Made by a program: the position numbers and the translations under genes. DNA of 64,000 nucleotides from Eledone cirrhosa (taxonomy: Eukaryota), in assembly GCA_964016885.1 (NCBI GenBank), contig OZ024762.1:10602001-10666000 (forward strand), written 5' to 3'. Positions 12,325 to 24,779 of this stretch are shown here, piece by piece (within the stretch, counting starts at the first letter, position 1; the number at the start of each line of letters is the position of its first letter). The notes beneath the pieces are model-generated. The model did no database searches and was not told the origin of the DNA. It was given only the letters and a program-made list of their open reading frames with translations.

Positions 12325-12689
12325 CTGAAAAACAAAACAAAAAAACAAGGAAATCGCAAAAAACTGATAAAAAAATTGATAAAAACTGATTAAAAATTAA
12401 TTCAAAAAGTGATAAAAGAAAAGAAAAGAACCAGTTGTTAGATTAGATCAAACCAAGGAAACAATGTTTCTATTGATCTTTTCATTGTTGATACTATCTA
12501 CTGATCCTAACTCTTGGCAAAAGATAAGAAAATATCTAGTCATCAGACCAAATCAAGGAAACCTACTGGTCGAAACTACTGGCAGAAGGAGGCAGGAATT
12601 GAACTCAAAACGCGCAGAGCTAGATAAAATACTGCAAAACATTCTATTCGAAACTTTAGCAATTTGCCAATCCCCCGCCTTGATTCTTT

Positions 12690-13030
12690 CCTGAAACATT
12701 CTCTCCACCATAGTATTGGAGCTATGATCTCTCAATTCGGAGAAGTAGCGGCTCTACCTGAAGCGACTCTCTGATCTCTGAGCTACAAATCTGTCCAGCG
12801 ATTCTTTCCTGAGACATTCTAACATGTCCGTAGTATAGGAGCTATGATCTCTCAATTCGGAGAAGTAGCGGCTCTACCTGGAGTGACTCTCTGATCTCCT
12901 GAGACATTCTAACAACATGCCCGTAGTATCGGAACTGTGATCTCTCAATTCGGAACAACAGTAGCTCTAACTGGAGCGATCTCCGAGTTACACACTCTAT
13001 CGAGTAACGGTTACTCCAAAATCTCTTGAG
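12690..13030 (-). mobile_element. RTE-type LINE fragment with internal duplications
   Basis: Reads LLLFRIERSQFRYYGHVVRMSQE, an RTE C-terminal-like motif, repeated three times. Confidence 0.65.
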
Positions 13031-13270
13031 GGGGGGGGGTGTAATCAGAAGAAGGAAGGTAGGTATAAAAGCCAAACACGCTACCTTCAATTCCGTATTC
13101 GCGCCAAAAAGTGGATGGGATTGTCTGTAAAATATAAGTAGGGGTTCTACAATTTCTGGAAAATCGTAAAAAAGGGGGCTTCGAGACAAAATAATTTTGT
13201 GAACTACTGATCTACATAAAACTGACCAATGAAAGTTAACAAAATGAAGAACATTGTGCCCTTGACTAAC

Positions 13271-13308
13271 TTTTTGTGTGCAGTTTCCTCTTCAGAGATT
13301 TCTTCTTC
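13271..13308 (-). CDS. Uncharacterised gene, coding exon 6 (KKKSLKRKLHTK)
   Basis: Acceptor cttttattgcag, donor A|gttagt, phase 2/1. Confidence 0.65.
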
Positions 13309-14275
13309 CTGCAATAAAAGAAAAATAAGAAAATTATTATTGGTTCACTGTGTTGTTATTTGTTTTATTTATTTATTTATTTTTTTTTTTTGTGCCAACA
13401 TGTATGTTTATTTTTGAAAACTCATTTGTTTAAAAATGTAATATAATGGTCAATTTTGCTGCGTGACTGTGTATCAATAAGAACTTGCATTTGATGGTTC
13501 CGTGAACACATATTCCTTCTATATGTTGAAAATTATCTAGTATATATTCATAAATAACGATTCGCTTCATAATAATTGTTTCTACTTTTGGCACAAGGCC
13601 AGCAATTATCCCAGTGTATTACTGGTACTTTATTTTATCGACCCTGTAAGGATGAAAGGCAAAGTTAACCACGGCGGGATTTGAACTCAGGTCATAAAGG
13701 GCCGTAACTCTGTGCTGCAAAGCATGGCATCCGACCCTCTACCGATACTGCCTATGGAATTGGCGGCGAATTGACAGAGTCGTCAGAATGTCAGATAGAA
13801 TCCTTTATGGTATTTGTTCCAGCTCTCTCATCTCTGAGTTCAAATCCAGCCGAGGTCAACTTGCCTTTCATCCTTTCAAGGTGGATGAAAAAAAAAAAGT
13901 AGCAGTCCAGTACTGGGGTCGATAAAATAAAGTACCAGTAATACACTGGGGTAATTGCTGGCCTTGTGTCAAAAGTAGGAACAATTATTTATTGGTCATA
14001 ACTCCTGGTATAGTTGGTGAATTGGTAGAATCTTTAGAACATCAGATAGAATGGTATCGACCCCCGTAATGATGAAAGGCTAATGGTTTCTGATTTAGGC
14101 ACAAGGCCAATAATTTTGGGGGGAAGGGAAAGTCGATTAAATCGACTGCAGTGCATGACTGGTATTTTATTTTATCGACCCCCGTAATGATGAAAGTTAA
14201 TTGTTTCTACTTTTGGCACAAGGCCAGCAATTATTCCAGTGTATTTACTGGTGAAAGTTAATGCCATTTACTTAC

Positions 14276-14310
14276 GTGAAAATAACTTGTGTGTTTCTCT
14301 TTGTTTGTTT
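14276..14310 (-). CDS. Uncharacterised gene, coding exon 5 (KQTKRNTQVIF)
   Basis: Acceptor tttcatttccag, donor AC|gtaagt, phase 0/2; required to keep the frame open into exon 7. Confidence 0.7.
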
Positions 14311-14852
14311 CTGGAAATGAAATGAAATGAAGAAAAAAAAGATGAGCAAGTGTAGACAAAGAGACGACGTGATTCACGGGAAAGTCTATGGCGAAGTACT
14401 TCGCTAAATATTGGGTCGTCAAGAATGAAATTTTTAGAAAAAATTTCATAATTAGTGGTTATAGGGTTCAGTTGCCGATCAATAAGGTTATGAGTTCGAT
14501 TGTTGCTGATCCAGTTCACTTATCATTACTTTATTTTAAGAGCAGTGATTGGTTGTAATCGGTACATCGTCGGACACCTTGCTTTGCAGCATAGAGTTAC
14601 GGCTCTTTACGGTATGAGTTCAAATCCCGCCGAGGATAGCTTTGTCTTTCATCCTTACGGGGGTCGATAAAATAAAGTACCAGTAATACACTGAGGGCCC
14701 CACCAGCGACAGCCGTAGCAATTTATTTGTGCCCTCAGCTGTGTTCTTAATTTTAGGATGGTTAGAATTTTTTAATTTAACACTTGTATGTATAACTTTT
14801 CAATTCCAATTACTTGCGCCAAGCTAACTTTGATATATAAAATTGGGGCGGC

Positions 14853-14895
<43 letters not shown>

Positions 14896-15247
14896 GTATT
14901 CTAATTTTTTGTGTATGATGGGCCCCTCAACCCTGAAGTGACCTGGTCCCCCTAAGGTCTAAATCAAACACTGGAGTAAGCTAAGGTCAAAATTTCAATA
15001 AGTACGTATAAATATTTCCCCTATTCTGATTGTTATTTCTACCACAAGGGGTAGGGGTTATTGTCAGAAAGGTTTGACGAGATCCCAGACCTCATTCGAT
15101 GAGTTCGGATCTAGCTGTCGAAACGGCCGGAGTTCAGCCGTCGGGGTCCTGACTCTTTTCATATTACCCACTCTACTACCCTAAGTATTGAGTACTCTGG
15201 TGCGTTATGGTCCATCTGGTTTCTTATCACATTTTCTTTGTTATATA

Positions 15248-15284
<37 letters not shown>

Positions 15285-15542
15285 TTTAATCGATCGATTT
15301 TCGTCAAATCGGACCGAGGAAACAATGTTTCCATTGGTCTTTCCAATTGCTAATACTATCTATCGGTCGCAACTCCAGGTAGAAGGAGCAACGTGAAATA
15401 AAGTGTCTTGCTCAAGGACATAACGCATCACCCGGTCCAGGAATTGAACTCACAACCACACGATTGCAAATCCTTCGTTTGTATTTCTATTTTAAAGTTT
15501 GCCCTTAAAAAATTGTTTTCCGTTAAGAGTTAAAATCTTTAC

Positions 15543-15760
15543 CTTAACAAACATGGTTCTAGATTTGCCCAATATTTCTAGAGATATCTTCATTTGTTTT
15601 GGGGGAATAAGTTTTTCGTGTTTTCTTTGCTTCCAACTGTTTAAGAAGTCGAAGCCGGATTTCTTGATAACTTTGTCGTCTGCCATTGGTTGACGACAGA
15701 TATCATCGCCATGTTTGTCTTTCACCCACTTCACACCGGAGTCAAGAGTTTCGAGTGAAA
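15543..15760 (-). CDS. Uncharacterised gene, coding exon 4 (VSLETLDSGVKWVKDKHGDDICRQ...GKSRTMFVK)
   Basis: Acceptor cctctttcag, donor AAG|gtaaag, phase 1/0. Confidence 0.8.
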
Positions 15761-15789
15761 CTGAAAGAGGCCAAATGACAACAGAATGA

Positions 15790-17448
15790 TTGAGTGTTGA
15801 GTGAGTGTATATGTGTGTGAGAGTGTATATGTGTGTGTGTGTGTGTGTGAGAGTGTATGTGTGTGTGTGAGAGTGTATGTGTGTGTGTGTGAGAGTGTAT
15901 GTGTGTGTGTGTGAGAGTGTATATATGTGTGTGAGAGTGTATGTGTGTGTGTGAGAGTGTATATGTGTGTGTGTATGTGAGAGTGTACATGTGTGTGTGT
16001 GTGTGATTGTGTGTGAGAGTGTATATGTGTCTGAGAGAGTGTATATGTGTGTGTGTGAGTGTGTGTGTGTGTGAGAGTGTATATGTGTGTGTGAGAGAGT
16101 GTATATGTGTGTGTGTGTGAGAGTGTATATGTATGTGTGAGAGAGTGTATATGTGTGTGAGTGTATGTATGTGAGTATTAGTGTATATGTGTGAGTGTGA
16201 GAGTGAGTGTATATGTGTGTGTGAGTGTGTGAGAGTGTATATGTGTGTGCGAGTATATGCGCGTGTGTGTGAGTGTGTATGAGTGTGTGAGTGTATGAGT
16301 GTGTGAGTGTATGTATGTGAGTATTAGTGTGTGTGTGTATATATATATATGTGTATGTGTGCGTTAGTGAGTGAGTGTGTAATGCATATGGAAAATACCA
16401 CCACCACCACCACCACTACTATCGCCACACACCACCACTACCACTACCACCACCACCACCACCACTACCACTACTATCGCCACACACCACCACTACCACT
16501 ACCACCACCACCACCACCACTACCACTACTATCGCCACACACCACTACCACCACTATCGCTACACACCACTACTACCACTACCACCACCACCACCACCAC
16601 TACTACCACTACCACCACTAATATCGCCACACACCACCACCACCACTACCACTACTATCGCCACACACCACCACTACCACTACCACCACCACCACCACCA
16701 CCACTACCACTACTATCGCCACACACCACCACTACCACTACTATCGCCACACACCACTACCACCACCACCACCACTATCGCTACACACCACTACTACCAC
16801 TACCACCACCACCACCACCACTATCGCTACACACCACTACTACCACTACCACCACCACCACTATCGCTACACACCACTACTACCACTACTACCACCACCA
16901 CCACTATCGCTACACACCACTACTACCACTACCACTACCACTACTATCGCCACACACCACCACTACCACCACCACTACTATCGCCACACACCACCACCAC
17001 TACCACTACTATCGCCACACACCACCACTACCACCACCACTACTATCGCCACACACCACCACCACTACCACTACTATCGCCACACACCACCACTACCACC
17101 ACCACCACCACTACTATCGCCACACACCACCACTACCACTACCACCACTCCACCACCACCACCACTACTACCACCACTCCACCACCACTACCACTACACA
17201 CTATCACCACCACCACACACTATCACCACCACCATCACCACCACCACTACCACCACCACCACCACCATCACCACTACCACCACCACCACCACCACCACAC
17301 ACCACCACTATCACCACACACCACCACTACCACTACCACCACACCACCACCACCAACTACAACCACCACACACTATCACCACCACACACCACCACTATCA
17401 CCACACACCACCACCATCACCACTACCACCACCACCACCACCACCACT
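15790..17448. repeat. Degenerate (GT/GA)n tract followed by a (CAC/TAC)n tract
   Basis: Direct reading; fills most of intron 15761-17451. Confidence 0.9.
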
Positions 17449-17451
17449 TAC

Positions 17452-17543
17452 CAATCGAAGACTTTCTGACACTATGTGAACTTTTCCCAGTTTCCAATCC
17501 AGTCAGGTCAATACATCGATCACATTTCCAAGAATACTTTAAA
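17452..17543 (-). CDS. Uncharacterised gene, coding exon 3 (LKYSWKCDRCIDLTGLETGKSSHSVRKSSI)
   Basis: Acceptor ttacttctag, donor G|gtaagt, phase 2/1. Confidence 0.75.
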
Positions 17544-17720
17544 CTAGAAGTAATTAATAATTAAATATATATATATCCATTAATTAATCAGGTGGTTAGT
17601 TCATTAAATATGACTGATCAGCCAGTCTGCTAATATGCAAATCAGGCCGATCAGTCACTGTGTATTTTAGAAAATAGCATATATTTTCACTAGCTCTGGC
17701 AGTTTGGCAGGTGAACAGTG

Positions 17721-17768
17721 AGCTGTACTGATGAAGCGTGATACCCAGAAACATTAGTGTCTACAGTT
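17721..17768 (+). ncRNA. Type I hammerhead ribozyme motif
   Basis: AGCUGUA-CUGAUGA-AGCGU(GAU)ACCCA-GAA-ACA(UUAG)UGU-C-UACAGUU: 7-bp stem I, intact core, GUC triplet, imperfect stem II. Confidence 0.68.
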
Positions 17769-18529
17769 CTGTTTCCATGCCAACACAAGAGCAAGAATGA
17801 AGGGTTCATTCTACTGACATGGCTATAAAAATGAGGCTTGTTTGTATAATTGCAAACGAATCGAATGTTATTATTAGAGGGTCGGACTCTATGCTTTGAC
17901 GTATAGAGTTACGGCCCTTGCCATTCTGAGTTCAAATCCCGCCAAGGTTAACTTTGCCTTTCATCCTTACGGGTTCGATAAAATAAAGTACCAGTAATGC
18001 ACTGAGTAATTGCTGGCCTTGTGCCTAACGTAGAAACAATTATTAGAGAGTCGGACGCTATGCTTTGTAGCATAGTTACATCCCTTTACGGACTGAGTTC
18101 AAATCCCGCCGAGGTTAACTTTGCCTTTCATCCTTAGGGGGTCGATAAAATAAAGTACCAGTAATGCACTGGGTATTTGCTGGCCTTATGCCAAAAGTAG
18201 AAACAATTATTAATATTCGAAAAACTCAGATTACATTTATTGTATTCAGCCATATAGAGCGAAAATGTATATATATATATGAGATATGATCCGAAATCAA
18301 TAGACGTGTCTAAGGAACCTGCGAGTCCATTTCTTGACTAAAGTAAGATTAAAATAAGACTAAAGTAAGAAGAAAAAAAAAACTCTTACTTTAGTCCAGA
18401 AATAGCCGTCGAAACGGCTTGAGCTCTGCCGTCGGGGTCATACTCTCTCCTATTACCCACTCTACTACCCTAAGTATTGAGTACTCTGGTGCGTTATGGT
18501 CCATCTGGTTCCTTACCACACCTCCTCCG

Positions 18530-18567
<38 letters not shown>

Positions 18568-18572
18568 CTTAC

Positions 18573-18610
18573 TTTCTGGTGGTTCTCTTAGGGAAATTAT
18601 CTTTTTTCGG
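18573..18610 (-). CDS. Uncharacterised gene, coding exon 2 (PKKDNFPKRTTR)
   Basis: Acceptor ttttgtgtttcag, donor AA|gtaagt, phase 0/2. Confidence 0.75.
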
Positions 18611-19169
18611 CTGAAACACAAAATAGAATAGAATGTTAGTGTAGAATGTTGTAGTATAGTTCAGTGTGGTGTAGTGTAGTATAGAGTAGTGTAGTATAGA
18701 GTAGTGTGGTGTAGTATAGAGTAATGTGGTCTTGTGTAGTGTTAGTGTTAGTGTACAGAACTGTATTGTAGTGTAATGTGGTGCTAGTATATATATATAT
18801 ATCTATCTATCTATCCATCTAAGGCGGGTAAAATTCCCGAGATCCATGAACGAGTTCTCTCCAGGGGTCTCTGTCCCTCATTATCGCTACCATGTCATGC
18901 GTCTCCAACAGACCAGTGTCTGTCCTTAGGGCATCAACATATATATATATTTGTTTTGCGAGCTTTTTGATATGAAATCGTGCGTCGAAACAAATATTGT
19001 TATACTTGGGGAGGGTCATATTGTTATAATAATATTGCCAGAAATAATAACAGACCACACTCACTGTTTGGTTGGTTTTCGCTTCTGTATCTTTTATATC
19101 TCCATAGTTAATTTATTTGGCAATCAATGTTTACCACTGACTGACCAACGGTCAAAAATACAGATTAAT

Positions 19170-19211
<42 letters not shown>

Positions 19212-19325
19212 ATCAAAGTTCTTTCGTTGCACATCTGCAACATCATCAGTGGTACTATTATCATGTTCCCTCCTATTGTATTGTATTCCAATGTATTGTA
19301 GTGTTTACGCCATTTTTATTTTATT

Positions 19326-19427
<102 letters not shown>

Positions 19428-19449
19428 TGCGCATATGTATATGATTTAC

Positions 19450-19740
19450 CTCAGTGAAAGATGGCAGAGACCAAGTCGACTTCTTCAGGTGGTGCCTTGA
19501 TAAAGCACGAGAGAAATCAGGACGAGAGGGTGCTGGGGCTTTTGGAAGTCTCCATTCTGCGGGTGTCCGCGCATTTCCAGTCTGCTGGACCCTGTTTCTT
19601 GCTCGGCAGAGCTCCCTCTGTGATCTACTGTCAGTATCTAACTGACGACCCGCCGTGTCGTACAGAACAACGGCCACCTGTCGTCTGCTAGGTCTCAAAT
19701 GCTGGTGACATCTACTGGCATTCTGCTCCAGCATGGACAT
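19450..19740 (-). CDS. Uncharacterised gene, first coding exon (MSMLEQNASRCHQHLRPSRRQVAVVLYD...LPSFTE)
   Basis: Acceptor at 19771-19772, in-frame TGA just upstream of the ATG at 19740, donor GAG|gtaaat. Confidence 0.75.
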
Positions 19741-19862
19741 ATCTTCCGGTCAGGTTTCCTTCAGTTTCGACTGAATTCAGAATAGAATAAGAATCAGCAT
19801 TTATATCTGTGCGAGTGTGGCATTGCCGCCCGGCCCTTCGAGCTATCTTATTTCTCATTCTT

Positions 19863-19898
19863 TCTTCTGATGAAGGACTAGCGTCCGAAACGTTAAGA
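19863..19898 (+). ncRNA. Minimal (Penelope-type) hammerhead motif
   Basis: UCUU-CUGAUGA-A-GGAC(UAGC)GUCC-GAAACGUU-AAGA. Stem III is the loopless palindrome ACGU, as expected for dimer-dependent hammerheads. Confidence 0.62.
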
Positions 19899-20103
19899 CT
19901 CTCTTCCTGCTATTTCAAGCGTTAACCTAATATATTCCTCCCATATACTGTACCGATTGTGTTGTTATTTCTGTTTACCTTTTACACACACACACACACA
20001 TACATACATACATACATACATACATACATACATACATACATACATACATACATACATACATACATACATACATACATACATACATACGTACGTACGTATG
20101 TAC

Positions 20104-20143
<40 letters not shown>

Positions 20144-20810
20144 CCAGCACTATGTGTCAATAATTGTCGCAAGTGTTTGTACCAGAGTTTTCAAGTCGCT
20201 GGCTGGACTAAAAAGTCACACTCGTTCAGCGCATCGGTAGGGGTTCCCCTACATGGATATAAAGTAGTGGCCGTACTCGAAAACGAGTTGGCAGCCACCA
20301 TGTATGTATGTATGTAGGCAGAAGAACTAATAAGAGTCAACGGCCATCCAAAAGTGTGTAAATATGTATATACACATGTACCGCGTGGTTAAACTACTGG
20401 GAGTGAAGGACCCCTAGCCTTTGTCAGGGCATTCTTCTCGGAGAAGGCAACTCAGGAAACTGGGATAACTCCGACATAAAACCTGCGACTCAGTAGTTAC
20501 CTATGATGTTGATCTTTTCTTCTTTTCGGTTTATAGTTACTGTCGCTCAGAGAGTGGGATTGGCTCAGTGCACAGTCTTTCCTCACTTTAAAAAAAAAAC
20601 TTTGCGCACAGGCTTTGCACGATGGAATTAATTATTAATTACTAATAATGGTATATCGTGCAATGGCCATACTCGATAACGAGGGGGCAGCCATTATATA
20701 TATATATACACATATGTGTGTGTGTATGCGAAAATCAAACAGAAACAACAAAAGCAAACAACACTGTACAATGAAGAAATATATCAGTTTAACGCTTGAG
20801 GAAAAAATAA

Positions 20811-20846
20811 TCTGTATGTTTCGGACACTAGTCCTTCATCAGAAGA
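20811..20846 (-). ncRNA. Inverted, decayed second copy of the minimal hammerhead
   Basis: UCUU-CUGAUGA-A-GGAC(UAGU)GUCC-GAAACAUAC; the flanking ~130 bp is homologous to 19843-19975 in opposite orientation. Confidence 0.55.
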
Positions 20847-21001
20847 TAGAATGAGAAATAAAAGATGAAATAGAAAGATAGAAGAAGGGGAGTGAACGGA
20901 AAAACACTTTTTGGAGAAAAAGCACGTGTGTTCAGCAACCTAGTGTGTGTGTGTGTGAAACTAATAAGATTTTGTGTTTTTACATCTGTGTTAGTCTTGT
21001 C

Positions 21002-21034
<33 letters not shown>

Positions 21035-21375
21035 GGGGAGTGGGAATAGAGAGAGGGGGGATAGAGAGATAGAGAGCGTGCGTGTGTAATTGTAAAGTGT
21101 TTAAGTATATGATATTTCTGTAAGATCACGCGCGTGTACATTTTGTAAAACCGTATAAATGACGTACGCATATATATATATATATATATATATACACGCA
21201 CACGCACATTATATACATATATATATATACATACACATACATACATATATATGTGTGTATGTGTATGTATGTGTGTTTGTATTTGTGTGTACACGTGAGT
21301 GTCCAAGAAAGCGTGGCAAGAATATATGCAATACACTTAAAATGGCTTCAAAAATAACAGGAGAAATGTAAAGAA

Positions 21376-21775
21376 ATTTACCTGTAAAGCTAGGACCTTC
21401 TTTAAGTCATCTGTAGATGTCAAGATCGTCTTTAGGTTACCTGTAGATGTCAAGATCGTCTTTAGGTTACCTGTAGAGCTAGGACCTTCTTTAATTTACC
21501 TGTAGAAAACAGGATCGTCTTTAGATTATCTGTAGAAGCCAAGGTCGTTTTTAGGTTACGTGTAGAAAACAGGATCGTCTTTAGGTTACCTGTAGAAAAC
21601 AGGATCGTTTTTAGGTTACCTGTAGAAGCCAAAATCGTCTTTAAGTTACCTGTAGAAGCCCAAATCGTCTTTAAGTTACCTGTAGAAGCCAAAATCGTCT
21701 TTAAGTTACCTGTAGAAGCCAATGTAGTCTTTAATTTTACCTGTAGAAGCAGGATCTTCTTTAAGTTACCTTCAG
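21376..21775 (-). repeat. 30-bp minisatellite with a CTACAG|GTAA motif in most units
   Basis: Minus-strand unit GGCTTCTACAGGTAACTTAAAGACGATTTT, about 13 copies. Related units at 21985-22065 lie beyond a SINE (about 21778-21978). Confidence 0.85.
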
Positions 21776-22101
21776 AGTAGTAGAATTGATAGAGCGTTGG
21801 TTAAAGTGTCGTTGAGGTATTTGTTGTGATACTTTACATTCTGATTTCAAATCCCGCCGCGGTCAACTTTGCCTTTCAAACTTCCGGTGGTAAATAAAAT
21901 GAAATAACTGTAAAGTGCTGGTGTTCATTTAATCAACTTTACCCTTGCTCCAAATGTTCTGCCCTTGTGCCTAAATTAATAATATACTTACCTGTAGAAC
22001 CAGAGTTTTCATTAATTAATTTAACTGTAGATCCAGGGTCGTCCTTATTCTACCTGTAGAAAGTAGAATCCTTGGGATTACAAAATAAACACGAAACTCA
22101 C

Positions 22102-22290
22102 ATTATTTACCCAGCTTCAAATAACTTTCTCATCAAGATGTCTAGTGTTCAATTTTCTTCCACACACACACACACACACTAAACAAACAGACAGTCAAAC
22201 GAATGATGCCAATTTTTCCGTTGGAAATTAAACCTACTACTCTGCTCCTGACATGGATTGAGATCTCATTCAGTGAAATGTTTGAGAGCT
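22102..22290 (-). other. Candidate 5' UTR exon of the uncharacterised gene
   Basis: Unique sequence bounded by the acceptor ctaattttcttag and the donor AAT|gtgagt; no sustained ORF. Confidence 0.4.
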
Positions 22291-22306
22291 CTAAGAAAAT
22301 TAGTAC

Positions 22307-22353
<47 letters not shown>

Positions 22354-24082
22354 GTATGTGTATTTGTGTGTGTATATATACATACATATATATGTATGTG
22401 TGTGTGTGTATATACACATACATATATTCATATATATAAACATGTATAAATACATATATATGTTTGTGTATTCGTGTGTGTGTGTATATATACATGTATA
22501 AATACATATATACGTTTGTGTATCTGTATACATACAAACATGCACAAACACACACACATATATATCAGTTTTCATCTGCCTCGTGTTTACTGTTTACTCA
22601 ACGACAGCCACCTAGGAAAGACCGGTCATAACATGTCATCACCCCGCCACCCGTCCACTCATAATATAAACCTCTAACTCTAATCGTCTGATCGGAAGGT
22701 TTCTTCAAGGAAGCTGTTAGTTTAAATAATAATGGATGAAATTGCTAGCTTTTGTTATTGTTTGTATTATTTCAACAAACAAATCTTTTATTTCGGCTTC
22801 CATTGTTGTGTTTTTTCGACTTGATTAAATAAACAACAGAACGATGGGGATGAAAAAAGAGCGAAGATTAGCGTTGCCTTCATTCATGTCGTCTGCCATT
22901 AGCAAGCCCCTTCTCGTCTGTATCATATGACTGTGTATTTTCTTGTTGCTGCAGAAGTGCTGGATTTAAGAGAAAGGGGTTTGGTAGTTTTTATTATTAT
23001 TGTTATAAGGGATTACTGTTATTATCATAAGGGCGATGGACTGGCAGAATCGGTAGAGTGTCGGACAGAATCCTTTGTGATTTTTAGTTACAACTTTTTC
23101 TATATTCTGAGTTCAAACCCTGCCGAGGTTAGCTTTGCCTTTAACCCTCCACAAGGTCGATAAAATAAAGTGCCAGTAACGATTTAATTGACTTTCTTCT
23201 CCCCAAAAATTGTTGACGTTGTGCCTATATAAGAAACGATTATTATTATTATTATTATACGAGGCTAGCTTTGTCTTTAACCCTCCACAAGGTCCATAAA
23301 ATAAAGTACCAGTAACGTACTTGGTCGATTAAATCGACTTCCCCTCCCCCCAAATTGTTGGCTTTGTGTCTATATAAGAAACCATTATTATTCTGAGTTC
23401 AAATCCCGCCGAGGTCAACTTTGCCTTTCATCCTTACAGAGTTGATAAAATAAAGTACCAGTAATACACTGGGATAATTGCTGGCCTTGTGCCAAAAGTA
23501 GAAACAATTATTATTATTATTATTATTATAAAGGCGGTGTATTGACAGTATTGTTAAGGGATTGGATTTTCTAGCCAACCCCAACATCATGGGACGAGGT
23601 CGGCACCACCATTAACACCAACTGGACAGCTGAGCAGGACGCAGACCTCATAGAAGTACATTGCTGAATCTTAAGAGACCACAGCTTGATTTTTAAAATG
23701 GCATAATTATCATAAAATACCTATACAATAAACAAAATTAGAATCTGTTTTTTCGCTCTCACATAGCGGATACATAAATGTATTCATGAATTTTATATCG
23801 AACAATAATTGTCTCTACTTTAGGCACAAGGCCAGCAATTTGAAGGGGGGGGGGGAGTCGATTAAATCGACCTCAGTGCATTACTGGTGCTTTATTTTAT
23901 CGACCCCTTAAGGATGAAAGGCAAAACTAACCTCGGCGGAATTTGAACTCAGAACGTAAAGGGCCATAACTATATGCCGCTAAGCATATTGTCCGACGCT
24001 CTACTGATACTGCCAATCCACCGCCCTTTCATATCGAATAATAATAATATTCAATTCGTTTGCAAGCGTTGGTCATCTAAAA

Positions 24083-24499
24083 CAGCAGTCACCAACCTGT
24101 GGTCCGAAAAAAAATGTTGAAGGTCCGCAGAAAACTTTGGACATTATTTGCAATTTTTATGTTTTATTAATAATAAAACAAAAATAATATTCGGTTAAAA
24201 TATATTTTATAACACACCTAAAAAATGTTTCTCCTCAGTAAAGAACTAACATCCATGAAATAATTTTACACATATGTATCATCTATCGACAATATGACAC
24301 AGGTACACTTCAGTATTGTTTAATAAAATGGAAGTTCTCTTATCATTATTTTACACATATATATCATCTATCGACAATATGATACAGGTACACTTCAGTA
24401 TTGTTTCGACTATTGATCATTAATTCATATTAGTGGTCAGCGGAATTTAAAAATTACGGATTTAGTGGTCCGTGAGATCCGAAAGGTTACCGACCAGTG
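24083..24499. mobile_element. hAT (Charlie-like) MITE with an 8-bp target site duplication
   Basis: Imperfect TIRs CAGCAGTCACCAACCT / AGGTTACCGACCAGTG, with an identical 8-mer ATCTAAAA on both sides (24075-24082 and 24500-24507). Confidence 0.75.
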
Positions 24500-24779
24500 A
24501 TCTAAAAAAACACAGCTTAATGAGGTTGTTTGCTTGCAAACGAATCGAATATTATCATTATTCGATTTAAAACTCACTAACACATTTACATATATAATAA
24601 TTTCCTCTGACTAATAAATAAATCACTAAACATCTTTGCCGCGAGCAGCTTTGTGGAAATATCCAAAGTGGTGGAGTGGGTCGTATGGTGTTATGACCTG
24701 TCGCCTGATTTGGTTCGGTTGAGTTTGGAATGTGTAGCGGGAAAAGGCTACATTTTTATATTTGAGAGAATATGGCGTA

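Noticed and set aside
16331-17469. His/Pro/Thr-rich ORF
   Set aside because: (CAC/TAC)n repeat inside an intron of the minus-strand gene.
22690-22960. Unique-looking sequence with short ORFs on both strands
   Set aside because: All frames close within about 30 codons and no clear donor is visible; it may be promoter or first-exon sequence but cannot be supported.
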